From an uncultured Pelagibacteraceae bacterium (GTDB lineage Bacteria; Pseudomonadota; Alphaproteobacteria; Pelagibacterales; Pelagibacteraceae): a stretch of 64,000 nucleotides of DNA. The stretch spans positions 21,607-85,606 of the forward strand of contig CACKVV010000001.1 of assembly GCA_902603665.1 (NCBI GenBank), given 5' to 3'. Below the pieces are notes generated by a model that made no database searches, was not told the DNA's origin, and saw only the letters and a list, made by a program, of their open reading frames with translations. Both the position numbers and the translations under genes were made by a program. Position 1 is the stretch's first letter; the number at the start of each line of letters is the position of its first letter. Of this stretch, positions 1 through 9,567 are shown piece by piece.

Positions 1-1
1 A

Positions 2-442
2 AAAATTCCAGAAATAATTTGTGAACCTGGTAGATCGCTTGTTGCAGAAAGTGGATCTACAATTGTAAGAGTAAACTTAAGAAAAAAACAAAAATTGTAT
101 ATCAATGATGGAACGTATGGGACTTTATTTGATGCAGGAACACCTAATATTGTTTATCCATCAAGAGTAATTAAAAATGGAAGAGTAATATCAAAAAAGT
201 TAACTTCTTTTGATTTTTATGGTCCAACATGCGATAGTATGGATTATATGAAAGGTCCTTTCATATTACCAAACAATATTAAGGAAAACGATTATATCGA
301 GTTAGGTCAACTCGGAGCATATGGTTTAACATTTAGAACTCAATTTAATGGTTTTTATTCTGATCAGATATTTGAAGTAGAAGATGATCCAATTATGACA
401 ATGTATAACAAAGAAACTATGAAAGAGTTTCTTGTTGCATAA
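2..442 (+). CDS. PLP-dependent ornithine/arginine decarboxylase (alanine-racemase fold), 5'-truncated by window
   Basis: Frame open from base 2 (KIPEIICEPGR...). ODC-family motifs EPGR, YINDGTYG, GPTCDSMD and GAYG are present. The track start at 95 is internal. The adjacent agmatinase suggests arginine as substrate. Confidence 0.88.
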   Translation, partial: KIPEIICEPGRSLVAESGSTIVRVNLRKKQKLYINDGTYGTLFDAGTPNIVYPSRVIKNGRVISKKLTSFDFYGPTCDSMDYMKGPFILPNNIKENDYIELGQLGAYGLTFRTQFNGFYSDQIFEVEDDPIMTMYNKETMKEFLVA

Positions 443-1482
443 TGTCAGAAAATAAAAACTTATCACATAATAGAAAAAAAGATCTCTTAAGCAAGGAGGT
501 TGAACACATTGACATCACAAAGTTCGATGCAAGAGAAATTATATCCTCGATGTCAAAAATGTCATTTGTATCAAGAGAAACTGCCAATGCAGCAGATATT
601 TATAATGAAATGCTGAAAGATAAAGATTGTACAATTTTTTTAACCTTAGCTGGATCTACCTCTGCAGCAGGATGTATGCATGTGTATAGAGATTTGGTTA
701 AATATAATATGGTGGACGCAATAGTTGCAACCGGAGCTTCTATAATTGACATGGATTTTTTTGAGGCTTTGGGCTTTAAACATTATCAAGGTTCTCAATT
801 TCAGGATGATACGGAGCTTAGAGAAAATTATATTGATAGAATTTACGATACCTACATAGATGAAGATCAACTTCAAATGTGTGATAGAATTATTGGAGAA
901 ATTGCAGATACGTTAGAGCCTCGTAGTTATACTTCAAGAGAATTTATTCAGGAAATAGGAAAATATCTAAAAACAAATTCTAAAAAAAAAGGGTCTTTAA
1001 TAGAAATGGCTTACGACAATAATGTACCAATTTTTTGCCCTGCTTTTACAGACTCCAGCGCTGGTTTTGGATTAGTAATGCATCAAGAAAGAAATCCAAA
1101 GAATCACATAACTATTGATGCAATAAGAGAGTTTAGAGAATTGACAGAAATAAAAATTAGATCTGAAGGTTCTGGTTTATTTATGATTGGTGGAGGTGTT
1201 CCAAAAAATTTTATTCAAGATACGGTCATATGTGCTGAACTGCTTGGTAAAAATGTGGCTATGCATAAATATGCTGTGCAAATTACAGTTGCAGATTCTA
1301 GAGATGGTGCTTGCAGCAGTTCAACTTTAAAAGAAGCAAGTTCATGGGGTAAAGTTGACGTAACAAAAGAACAAATGGTTTTTGCTGAAGCAACTACTGT
1401 TTTGCCGTTAATTGCAAGTGATGCTTTCCATAAAGGTGAGTGGAAAAATAGAGAGAGAAAAAATTTCTCAAAAATATTTTAA
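442..1482 (+). CDS. Deoxyhypusine synthase-like protein (probable homospermidine synthase)
   Basis: DHS motifs IDRIYD, PAFTDSS, GGGVPKN and EASSWGK (catalytic Lys kept). Start overlaps the stop of the decarboxylase. Confidence 0.9.
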   Translation: MSENKNLSHNRKKDLLSKEVEHIDITKFDAREIISSMSKMSFVSRETANAADIYNEMLKDKDCTIFLTLAGSTSAAGCMHVYRDLVKYNMVDAIVATGASIIDMDFFEALGFKHYQGSQFQDDTELRENYIDRIYDTYIDEDQLQMCDRIIGEIADTLEPRSYTSREFIQEIGKYLKTNSKKKGSLIEMAYDNNVPIFCPAFTDSSAGFGLVMHQERNPKNHITIDAIREFRELTEIKIRSEGSGLFMIGGGVPKNFIQDTVICAELLGKNVAMHKYAVQITVADSRDGACSSSTLKEASSWGKVDVTKEQMVFAEATTVLPLIASDAFHKGEWKNRERKNFSKIF

Positions 1483-1504
1483 TTTAATATCATATAATTA
1501 AAGG

Positions 1505-2287
1505 ATGATTATACCAATCTATCAAGTTGATGCTTTTACATCTAAAGTATTTGGAGGCAATCCGGCAGCAGTATGTCCTTTAAAAGAATGGATAAGTGAT
1601 AATTTAATGCAAAAAATTGCTCAAGAAAATAATCTCTCTGAAACAGCTTTTTTTGTAAAAAATAAAAATGAATTTGATATACGTTGGTTTACACCTTTGA
1701 CTGAATTAGACTTAGCTGGTCATCCAACACTTGCGACTGCACATGTAATTTTAAAAGAATTAGATAACAATTTAGAAAAAATAGTATTTAAAACAAAAAT
1801 TCAAGATACATTGACTGTGACACATAAAGATAATTTATACTTTATGGACTTTCCCTCTAGAGATCCTAGTATTGAAAAAAATATGGATGATATTTCTAAA
1901 GCTCTTGGTAAAAAACCCAAAGAACTTTATAAACATAGAGATGCGATTGCTGTCTATGATTGTGAAGAAGATATAATTAATATTTCTCCAAGCTTTGATA
2001 AATTATCCAATTTAGAATATCCAATAACAATAGTAACAGCACCAGGAAATGAAGTAGATTTCGTATCAAGAGTTTTTGCACCTAAGTTAGGTATTCCAGA
2101 AGATCCAGTGACTGGTTCGGCCCATTGCGAACTCATTCCTTACTGGTTTAAAAGCTTAAAAAAAAAAGAAATGACAGCCCATCAAATCTCCAAAAGAGGT
2201 GGTAAACTTTATTGTACTTATAATGGTGATAGGGTTACAATTGGAGGAGATGCGATTACTTTTTTAAGAGGAAAAATAGAGATTTAA
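1505..2287 (+). CDS. PhzF/YddE-family isomerase (DAP-epimerase fold)
   Basis: Motifs QVDAF..GGNPAAV, NLSETAF, IRWFTP..E...AGHPT and EDPVTGSAH. Confidence 0.9.
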   Translation: MIIPIYQVDAFTSKVFGGNPAAVCPLKEWISDNLMQKIAQENNLSETAFFVKNKNEFDIRWFTPLTELDLAGHPTLATAHVILKELDNNLEKIVFKTKIQDTLTVTHKDNLYFMDFPSRDPSIEKNMDDISKALGKKPKELYKHRDAIAVYDCEEDIINISPSFDKLSNLEYPITIVTAPGNEVDFVSRVFAPKLGIPEDPVTGSAHCELIPYWFKSLKKKEMTAHQISKRGGKLYCTYNGDRVTIGGDAITFLRGKIEI

Positions 2288-2297
2288 TTAGAAGAGA

Positions 2298-3185
2298 ATG
2301 ATTAAAGAATTAGAATTTTTGAAAAATAAGGACGGTTTCCTTGGCATTGATAATAAAACAAAATTTAATGAGAAGGTAGTTGTTGTACCTTTTGGTCTTG
2401 AAAAAACAGTTAGTTATGGTGGTGGAACAAAAAATGGACCAAAAGAAATTATAAAAGCTTCACATCAAGTTGAATTATACGATGAAGAGCTAAATTATGA
2501 GCCTCATAAGAAAATTGGAATCAAAACTTTAAAACCATTTAAAATTGATAAAAATATTAATAAGGCTTTAAAAAAAATTTCTTTAATAAATGAAAATATT
2601 TTAAAAAAGAAAAAATTTCCTCTTGTCCTTGGAGGTGAACACTCAATAACTCCAGGCTGCATAATTCCATTTACAAAAAAGTTTAAGAATATTTGTCTTT
2701 TACATTTTGATGCACATGCAGACTTAAGACAAAGTTACCTTGGTGAAAAATATTCTCACGCTTCTGCAATAAGGAGATGCTTAGATTACAAAAATGTTTC
2801 CTTAATATCTTTTGGTATTAGAAATATATCAGAGGGTGAAATACCCTTCTTAAAAAAGAATTCAAAAAGAATAAATATTTTTTGGGCAAAAGATAAAAAA
2901 AAATGGAATTTGAATACTTTTAAAAAAATGATTAAAAATAAAACGGTTTATCTAACTTTTGATGTAGATGGCTTCGATAGTAGTATTATGCCAGCTACTG
3001 GTACTCCAGAGCCAGGTGGACTATTCTGGAATGAATCTTTAGAAATTATTAAGATTGCGGCAAAAAATTCAAACATAGTGGGTGCAGATATTAATGAACT
3101 TTCTCCAATTAAAGGATTTAATTCTTATAATTTTTTAGTTGCAAAGTTGGCTTATAAAATTTTAGCTTATAAATTTCATTTCTAA
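2298..3185 (+). CDS. speB: Agmatinase (ureohydrolase)
   Basis: Mn-binding motifs GGEHSIT, HFDAHADLR and TFDVDGFD, plus GTPEPGG. Confidence 0.9.
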   Translation: MIKELEFLKNKDGFLGIDNKTKFNEKVVVVPFGLEKTVSYGGGTKNGPKEIIKASHQVELYDEELNYEPHKKIGIKTLKPFKIDKNINKALKKISLINENILKKKKFPLVLGGEHSITPGCIIPFTKKFKNICLLHFDAHADLRQSYLGEKYSHASAIRRCLDYKNVSLISFGIRNISEGEIPFLKKNSKRINIFWAKDKKKWNLNTFKKMIKNKTVYLTFDVDGFDSSIMPATGTPEPGGLFWNESLEIIKIAAKNSNIVGADINELSPIKGFNSYNFLVAKLAYKILAYKFHF

Positions 3186-3734
3186 TTAAGCTGGCTTTAA
3201 AATACCTAACATCATCCTAAAAGGTACTAACATTATTAAAGCAACCAGAATTTTAACTGCTAAATCTCCTAGGGAGAGAGTTACCCATGGAACACCTGTT
3301 CCATAAAAAGATATAGAAAAGAATAGGAATGTGTCTACTATTGAGCCTACGAAGGATGAGGCTAAAGGTGCTATAAACCATTTTTTTTGTCTTAATTTAT
3401 CAAAAATTTGCACATCTAATAATTGAGCAACCATAAAAGCAGTACCAGATCCTATTGCTATCCTAATTGATATTAAATCTTCAAAATTTGTTGAGAATAT
3501 AAGTGTAAAGAAAATTCCAATTACAAATCCAATATAAACAATTTTTCTAGCAATTATTTTTCCAAAAGATCTATTTGCTAAATCAGTAATTAAAAATGCA
3601 ATCGGATAACTAAAGGCACCGTATGTTAAAATGTCCTGAAGTCCATAATAATTGATTGGAAACTGAACTAAATAATTGGATGCTAATACTACAACTCCCA
3701 TTAATAACGAGAGTATTAAAAATACTTTGTTCAT
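3186..3734 (-). CDS. Queuosine precursor transporter (YhhQ/Vut_1 family)
   Basis: Hydrophobic protein with TYGAFSYPIAFLITD, RIAIGS..AF..AQLLDV and S.VDT.LFF motifs. Confidence 0.85.
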   Translation of the reverse strand: MNKVFLILSLLMGVVVLASNYLVQFPINYYGLQDILTYGAFSYPIAFLITDLANRSFGKIIARKIVYIGFVIGIFFTLIFSTNFEDLISIRIAIGSGTAFMVAQLLDVQIFDKLRQKKWFIAPLASSFVGSIVDTFLFFSISFYGTGVPWVTLSLGDLAVKILVALIMLVPFRMMLGILKPA

Positions 3735-4015
3735 TAAGCAGTTTTAGAGAGTAATGATTTTTTAAGTTTTTTTAGCCTTAGAGATAAATCTCTTGCTTTT
3801 GCTGATTTTAAGAAGTTATCAAAGCTACCTTTCTTATCAACTGATCTCACACCTGCATTAGAAACAGTGAGCTTAATAGACTTTTTTAACAATTCACTTT
3901 TAAATTTTACATTTTTTAAATTAGGTAAAAATCTTCTTTTAGTCTTGTTGTTAGCATGGCTAACGTTGTGACCTTTAAGAGGCATTTTTCCTGTGAGTTC
4001 ACATTTTTTTGTCAT
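3734..4015 (-). CDS. rpmB: 50S ribosomal protein L28
   Basis: [29 protein letters not shown]. Real start is ATG at 4015, not the track's 4075. Confidence 0.95.
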   Translation of the reverse strand: MTKKCELTGKMPLKGHNVSHANNKTKRRFLPNLKNVKFKSELLKKSIKLTVSNAGVRSVDKKGSFDNFLKSAKARDLSLRLKKLKKSLLSKTA

Positions 4016-4027
4016 AAAAATTATGCT

Positions 4028-4056
4028 TGTATAAGATTTATGTGTTAATCCGTCAA
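4028..4056 (-). promoter_or_regulatory. Putative sigma70 promoter for rpmB
   Basis: Minus strand TTGACG-17 nt-TATACA in the pyrD-rpmB gap. Confidence 0.55.
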
Positions 4057-4058
4057 TA

Positions 4059-5099
4059 TCAATTTTTTGATCCAACTATCTCTGAAATATTTTTAATGCC
4101 ATCTTTTGTGAGTATTTCGATTAATTCCTGACTTATTTTATTAGCTATATCTGGTCCTCTATATACCATGCCAGTATAAAGTTGAATTAAAGATGCTCCA
4201 CGAATTATTTTTTCGTAAGCTCCCTTACCAGTGCTTACTCCTCCAACACCTATAATTTTAATTTTATTTTTTAGGTTTTTAAAAAATAAATTAATTAGCT
4301 CATTCGATTTATTTTCTATTGGGGCTCCTGAAAGCCCACCCTTCTCTAGTTTATTTATATTTTTAAGATTATCCCTATTTTTTTCGGAGGTATTCGATAC
4401 GATTAAAATTTCTATAGAATGTTTAACCAATGACTCACAAATTTCATCAATTGAGTTAAAATTTATATCTGGTGAAATTTTTACAGCTATAGGTAAATTG
4501 GATTGTAATTTCTTTTTTTCTTTTTGAATTTCAGATAACAAATTGTTCATTTCCTCTTGATTATGAAAATTTCTCAAATTTTCTGTATTAGGAGAAGAAA
4601 TATTTATTGTGATATAATCTGCAACAGAAATAAATTTTCTAAAACATTTTACATAATCCTGAATTCTATTATCACTTGTTTTATTTGGGCCTATATTAAC
4701 TCCCAACAAACCGTATGGTTTATTACTTTCAATTCTTTTATAAATTTCCTCTGAACCTGAATTATTAAATCCTAGTCTATTGATTAGAGCCCCATCCTCC
4801 TCCAGTCTAAATACTCTCGGTTTTGGATTTCCATACTGTGGTTCAGGTGTAATAGTACCAACCTCAACAAAACCAAAACCCAAGTTAAATAGTGGATTAT
4901 ATACCTCCGCATTTTTATCAAAACCTGCTGCAACTCCTATTGGGTTTTCAAGAATTTTGTTAAATATTGATGTCTCTAAAACAGTTTTATTTTTAATTTT
5001 CTTTTTTGGCAGAGCGTTTAACTTAAGCGTTTTAATTGCTAAAGAATGTGCTACTTCAGGACTAAATTTAAAAATTAAAGGTCTTATTTTATTAAACAT
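4059..5099 (-). CDS. pyrD: Dihydroorotate dehydrogenase (quinone), class 2
   Basis: Motifs [33 protein letters not shown] and GGLSG. Confidence 0.96.
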   Translation of the reverse strand: MFNKIRPLIFKFSPEVAHSLAIKTLKLNALPKKKIKNKTVLETSIFNKILENPIGVAAGFDKNAEVYNPLFNLGFGFVEVGTITPEPQYGNPKPRVFRLEEDGALINRLGFNNSGSEEIYKRIESNKPYGLLGVNIGPNKTSDNRIQDYVKCFRKFISVADYITINISSPNTENLRNFHNQEEMNNLLSEIQKEKKKLQSNLPIAVKISPDINFNSIDEICESLVKHSIEILIVSNTSEKNRDNLKNINKLEKGGLSGAPIENKSNELINLFFKNLKNKIKIIGVGGVSTGKGAYEKIIRGASLIQLYTGMVYRGPDIANKISQELIEILTKDGIKNISEIVGSKN

Positions 5100-6660
5100 T
5101 ATTTAATTTATTTTTGATAAGTTGTTTAGTTTCTTGCACTCCAAAAAAACTAATAAAGAAACCCATTCTAGGTCCATTCTCATCACCGAAAACAACTTCA
5201 TAAATAAGTTTAAACCAATCCCTTAGGTTTTCTTTGTAACCATTTTCTTTTCCAACTGTAAATATATTTGTCTGAAGTTCTTCAGGAGCCATATCATCAT
5301 TACAATTATCAAGTGATTTTATTAATGCATTTAACGCACCTTTTTCATTTTCATTTGGTGTTTTGTAAACTTTTTTAGCTTTTATAACGTCATTAAAATA
5401 TTTAATTGCGTAATTGATTAAGTTATCAAAAATTGGATGTTCATCCTCTTTGATATCTTGTTTGTATTTTTTCACGAATTTCCAAAGTAGTTTTTTGTTA
5501 TCTGCATTGCTTGTCTCAACCAAATTTAGCAACATAGAAAATGACATTATAATTTTTTCATTTGGAATTGTTCCATTATGAACATGCCAAACTGGATTCA
5601 TTAATTTTTCAAGATCACTTTGATTTTTACCTTTTTCTATATACTCTAGATATTCATCCATAGCTTTAGGAACAACTTCTCTATAAAGTTTTTTTGCTCT
5701 TTTAGGGTTTTGATACATATAAAGTGATAAACTTTGAGGAGAAGCATACTCTAGCCATTGGTCTATAGTTACTCCATTTCCTTTTGATTTTGAGATTTTC
5801 TCTCCTTTTTCATCTAAAAATAATTCATATGCAAAACCTGAGGGATTAGGTTTACCAAGTAGTCTTATAATTTTTGTTGATAAGATTGCACTCTCAATGA
5901 GATCTTTTCCATACATCTCAAAATCAACATCAAGTGCATACCATCTCATAGCCCAGTCTACCTTCCATTGTAATTTACAATCGCCATTTAAAATACTCTT
6001 TTCTAAATCTGTTCCATTGTTATCAAATAAAACCTTTGAATTGTTCTCATCGATTTCCTTGATCGGTATTTCTAAGACAGCTCCTGATGTTGGGCAGATA
6101 GGCAAAAAGGGTGAATAAGTTTTCTGCCTCTCTTTACCTAAAGTTGGTAAAATAATATTCATTATGCCTTTATAATTACTTAATATTAATTTTAGAGTTT
6201 CATTAAACTTTCCAGATTTATAAAGTTCAGTTGAACTTTTAAAAGAATATTTAAACCCAAACTTATTTAAAAAATCTTTTAACATTTCATTATTATGTTC
6301 TCCAAAACTATTAAATTTACCGAAAGGATCTGGAACAACTGTTAAGGGTTTATGTAGGTTAGCATTTAAAATTTCTTGGTTTGGTACATTCTCTGGGACT
6401 TTTCTCAAACCATCCATATCATCTGAAAAAGTAATTATCTCTTTAGGAAGGTCAGTTAAATGATTAAGGGCATTGACTATCATTGATGTTCTTGCAACTT
6501 CACCGAATGTTCCAATATGAGGTAAACCGCTTGGGCCATAACCCGTTTGTAGAGTTATTTTTCCCTTGCTCTCTATATTTTTCTTTCTCTCTCTAATGAT
6601 TTTTTTTGCTTCTACAAATGGCCATGCATTTGTTTTATCAATATTTATTTTATCAATCAT
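5092..6660 (-). CDS. lysS: Lysine--tRNA ligase, class I
   Basis: GYGPSGLPHIGT (HIGH-like), KISKSKGN (KMSKS-like) and GPRMG. Confidence 0.95.
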   Translation of the reverse strand: MIDKINIDKTNAWPFVEAKKIIRERKKNIESKGKITLQTGYGPSGLPHIGTFGEVARTSMIVNALNHLTDLPKEIITFSDDMDGLRKVPENVPNQEILNANLHKPLTVVPDPFGKFNSFGEHNNEMLKDFLNKFGFKYSFKSSTELYKSGKFNETLKLILSNYKGIMNIILPTLGKERQKTYSPFLPICPTSGAVLEIPIKEIDENNSKVLFDNNGTDLEKSILNGDCKLQWKVDWAMRWYALDVDFEMYGKDLIESAILSTKIIRLLGKPNPSGFAYELFLDEKGEKISKSKGNGVTIDQWLEYASPQSLSLYMYQNPKRAKKLYREVVPKAMDEYLEYIEKGKNQSDLEKLMNPVWHVHNGTIPNEKIIMSFSMLLNLVETSNADNKKLLWKFVKKYKQDIKEDEHPIFDNLINYAIKYFNDVIKAKKVYKTPNENEKGALNALIKSLDNCNDDMAPEELQTNIFTVGKENGYKENLRDWFKLIYEVVFGDENGPRMGFFISFFGVQETKQLIKNKLNNV

Positions 6661-6745
6661 ATAAATGCAAAATACTCAAAAATAACGTATTTAATAACTC
6701 TTATAGAGTTGAAATTTATTTACCATAAAATAATGTCCAATCAAA

Positions 6746-8194
6746 ATGTCCAATTATAAAACCGTTTTTTTTATACTCGGTGTTTTACAAATTATTTTAG
6801 GATTATCTATGATTGTGCCAATTATAGCGCAATTTTATTATAATCAAGTAGACTCTGGTTTTATTGGATCTGGCTTAGTTTCGATAATTTTTGGAGTTCT
6901 ATTTTTTTTATCTAACTTAGATTACGAAAAAAAATTAACTTTACCTCAAGCATTTCTTTTAACAGCACTATCATGGTTAAGTATTGCAATATTTGGCTCT
7001 TTACCATTTGTTTTCTCAGATTTAAGTCTTTCATTCACAAATGCATTTTTTGAAAGTATGTCAGGAATCACAACTACTGGCTCAACTATACTGACAAATC
7101 TCAATGAAACACCAAAAGCAATCTTATTATGGAGAGCAATGCTTCAATGGTTGGGAGGAATTGGAATTATTGTAATGGCAATTACTTTAATGCCAATAAT
7201 GAATATTGGAGGTATGCAATTATTTGTTATTTCAAATACCCATACACCAGAAAAAATACTACCTAAGTCTAAAGAAATTTCTATCAGATTAATTGCTATA
7301 TACTCATCATTAACTTTAGTCTGCGCTTTCTTCTATAAAATTTTTGGAATGAGTTTTTTTGATAGCATTGTACATTCAATGACAACGATAGCAACTGGAG
7401 GATTTTCCAATTACAACGAATCTATCGGTTATTTTGACAGTGGATTTATTGAACTAACAGCTATTATCTTTATAATTCTCGGAAGTGTACCATTTATTGC
7501 TTATATTAAATATTTGGGAGGTGATAAAAAAATATTTATTAGCGATACCCAAATAAAAACTTTTATAAAAATCTTAATTTTTTCTATTTTTATAATTTTT
7601 CTTTACTTATCTATAAAAAATCAGAGCATATTTGAAATAAACTTCAGAGAAGTATCTTTCAATGTTGTTTCAATTTTAACTGGAACTGGATATGTAACAA
7701 ATGATTTTAGTAAATGGGGTCAGTTTCCACTTATTTATTTCTTAATATTAATGTTTATAGGTGGTTGCGCTGGATCTACTGCTTGTGGTATTAAAATATT
7801 TAGGGTTCAAATACTTTATCAATTTATATCAAATCAATTAAAGAGAATTATTTATCCAAGAGGAATATTTAATATTAAATACGATAAAAATAATGTTGAT
7901 GAAAAATTTATGGCATCAATTATTTCTTTCATATTCTTATATATATTAATTTTCTTTGTTATTACTGCTTTGCTATCTGTAGATGGTTTAGATTTCATTA
8001 CAGCTATATCTGCTGCTGCCACATCTATTTCAAATGTTGGACCTGGATTAGGCGATGTAATAGGTCCAAATGGAAATTTTTCTTACCTGTCTAATTTTTC
8101 AAAATGGATCTTGAGTATAGGAATGATACTAGGAAGGTTGGAACTATTTGCGGTACTTGTATTATTTATTCCCTCCTTTTGGAGAAAATACTGA
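6746..8194 (+). CDS. trkH: Trk-system potassium uptake membrane protein
   Basis: Pore-loop motifs FESMSGITTTG, TTIATGGFS, GGCAGST and NVGPGLG, plus GRLE. Confidence 0.95.
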   Translation: MSNYKTVFFILGVLQIILGLSMIVPIIAQFYYNQVDSGFIGSGLVSIIFGVLFFLSNLDYEKKLTLPQAFLLTALSWLSIAIFGSLPFVFSDLSLSFTNAFFESMSGITTTGSTILTNLNETPKAILLWRAMLQWLGGIGIIVMAITLMPIMNIGGMQLFVISNTHTPEKILPKSKEISIRLIAIYSSLTLVCAFFYKIFGMSFFDSIVHSMTTIATGGFSNYNESIGYFDSGFIELTAIIFIILGSVPFIAYIKYLGGDKKIFISDTQIKTFIKILIFSIFIIFLYLSIKNQSIFEINFREVSFNVVSILTGTGYVTNDFSKWGQFPLIYFLILMFIGGCAGSTACGIKIFRVQILYQFISNQLKRIIYPRGIFNIKYDKNNVDEKFMASIISFIFLYILIFFVITALLSVDGLDFITAISAAATSISNVGPGLGDVIGPNGNFSYLSNFSKWILSIGMILGRLELFAVLVLFIPSFWRKY

Positions 8195-9567
8195 TGATTA
8201 AAAAAGAGGAAAAAATTTCAAATTTATTTAAATATTATTTTGATATTCGAATGTTAAGAATATTACTTCTTGGTGCAATAAGTGGTTTTCCATGGGTTTT
8301 AATAGGAAGCAGTTTATCTCTATGGCTAAAAGAAGAGGGGTTAAGTAGATCAACAATAGGATGGGCAGGTCTGATATTTGGAGTGTATGCATTCAACTAT
8401 TTGTGGGCGCCTTTAATTGACAGGATACAAATTCCTTTTCTAACAAAAAAAATTGGTCACAGGCGCGGCTGGATAGTTTTAATGCAGTTGGTAATTTTAA
8501 TTTCATTAATACTATGGAGTTTAATAAATCCATCTGAAAACTTAGCTTTACTAATATCTATTGGTCTGGTTATAGCTATTGCCTCATGCACACAAGATAT
8601 AACTGTTGATGCCTTAAGAATTGAGCAAGTAGGAGAACATGAAACTAGGTCTATGGCAGCAGGTGCAGCCATGGCTGTTGTTGGTTGGTGGACTGGTTAT
8701 AAGCTTGGTGGCGTTATAGCTTTGTTCACTGCAGAATATTTCGAAAAAATTGGTGTTAATAATTACTGGCAAGCAACTTTTATAGTTATGGGTGTTGTAG
8801 TAATTTTAATGAATATTGCACTAATGTTTGTTCATGAAAATAGTTTTACAGAAAGAGTTTTATCTCAAAAAAAGACAGATGAAATAATTAAAAATAAACT
8901 TGGAAATAATAATTTTTTAACAATAATTTTATCTTGGTTATCAGGCACTATAGGAGGTCCAGTAATAAGTTTTTTTAAGAAAAATGGATTTTCAATAGCA
9001 ATAGGAATTTTAGGATTTGTTTTCTTATTTAAAATTGGGGAAGCTTTTTTAGGTAGAATGTCTATCGTTTTTTATAAAGAGCTTGGTTTTTCAAAATCAG
9101 ATATTGCAATATATTCAAAAACACTTGGATGGATTACAACAGTTGTATTTACATTGTTGGGTGGACTGTTTGCAATAAGATCTGGAACAGTCAAAACAAT
9201 GTTTATAGCAGGAGGTTTGATGGCTATAACAAATTTAATGTTTACACTTCTTGCTTGGAGTGGAAAATCTGAATTATTATTCGCTGCAGCTGTTATATTT
9301 GATGATATTGCAGCTGCATTCGCAACTGTAGCATTTGTAGCATTCATATCTTTACTTGTAGATAGAACTTATACAGCTACACAATATGCACTTCTTGCAT
9401 CAATAGGAACAGCAGGTAGAACTTTGCTAGCATCATCATCAGGATCTTTGGTGGATTGGTTAAACGGTGATTGGGGAATTTTTTTCATTCTAACTGCGTT
9501 AATGGTTATCCCGTCACTAGTTTGCTTATGGTTTATAAGAAAAAAGTTAAAACTCAGTGAAAAATAA
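8194..9567 (+). CDS. ampG: AmpG-family muropeptide MFS permease
   Basis: Motifs SGFP, YLWAPLID, RRGW, TQDITVDA and ATQYALL. Likely start is ATG 8194, overlapping the trkH stop (TGATG). Confidence 0.88.
   Translation: MIKKEEKISNLFKYYFDIRMLRILLLGAISGFPWVLIGSSLSLWLKEEGLSRSTIGWAGLIFGVYAFNYLWAPLIDRIQIPFLTKKIGHRRGWIVLMQLVILISLILWSLINPSENLALLISIGLVIAIASCTQDITVDALRIEQVGEHETRSMAAGAAMAVVGWWTGYKLGGVIALFTAEYFEKIGVNNYWQATFIVMGVVVILMNIALMFVHENSFTERVLSQKKTDEIIKNKLGNNNFLTIILSWLSGTIGGPVISFFKKNGFSIAIGILGFVFLFKIGEAFLGRMSIVFYKELGFSKSDIAIYSKTLGWITTVVFTLLGGLFAIRSGTVKTMFIAGGLMAITNLMFTLLAWSGKSELLFAAAVIFDDIAAAFATVAFVAFISLLVDRTYTATQYALLASIGTAGRTLLASSSGSLVDWLNGDWGIFFILTALMVIPSLVCLWFIRKKLKLSEK

Noticed and set aside
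442-1482. True eIF5A-type hypusination system
   Set aside because: Bacteria use EF-P, no eIF5A or DOHH gene is nearby, and the context is polyamine synthesis.
1505-2287. Phenazine biosynthesis cluster
   Set aside because: No phzA/B/D/E/G present. Stand-alone PhzF-family genes are widespread.
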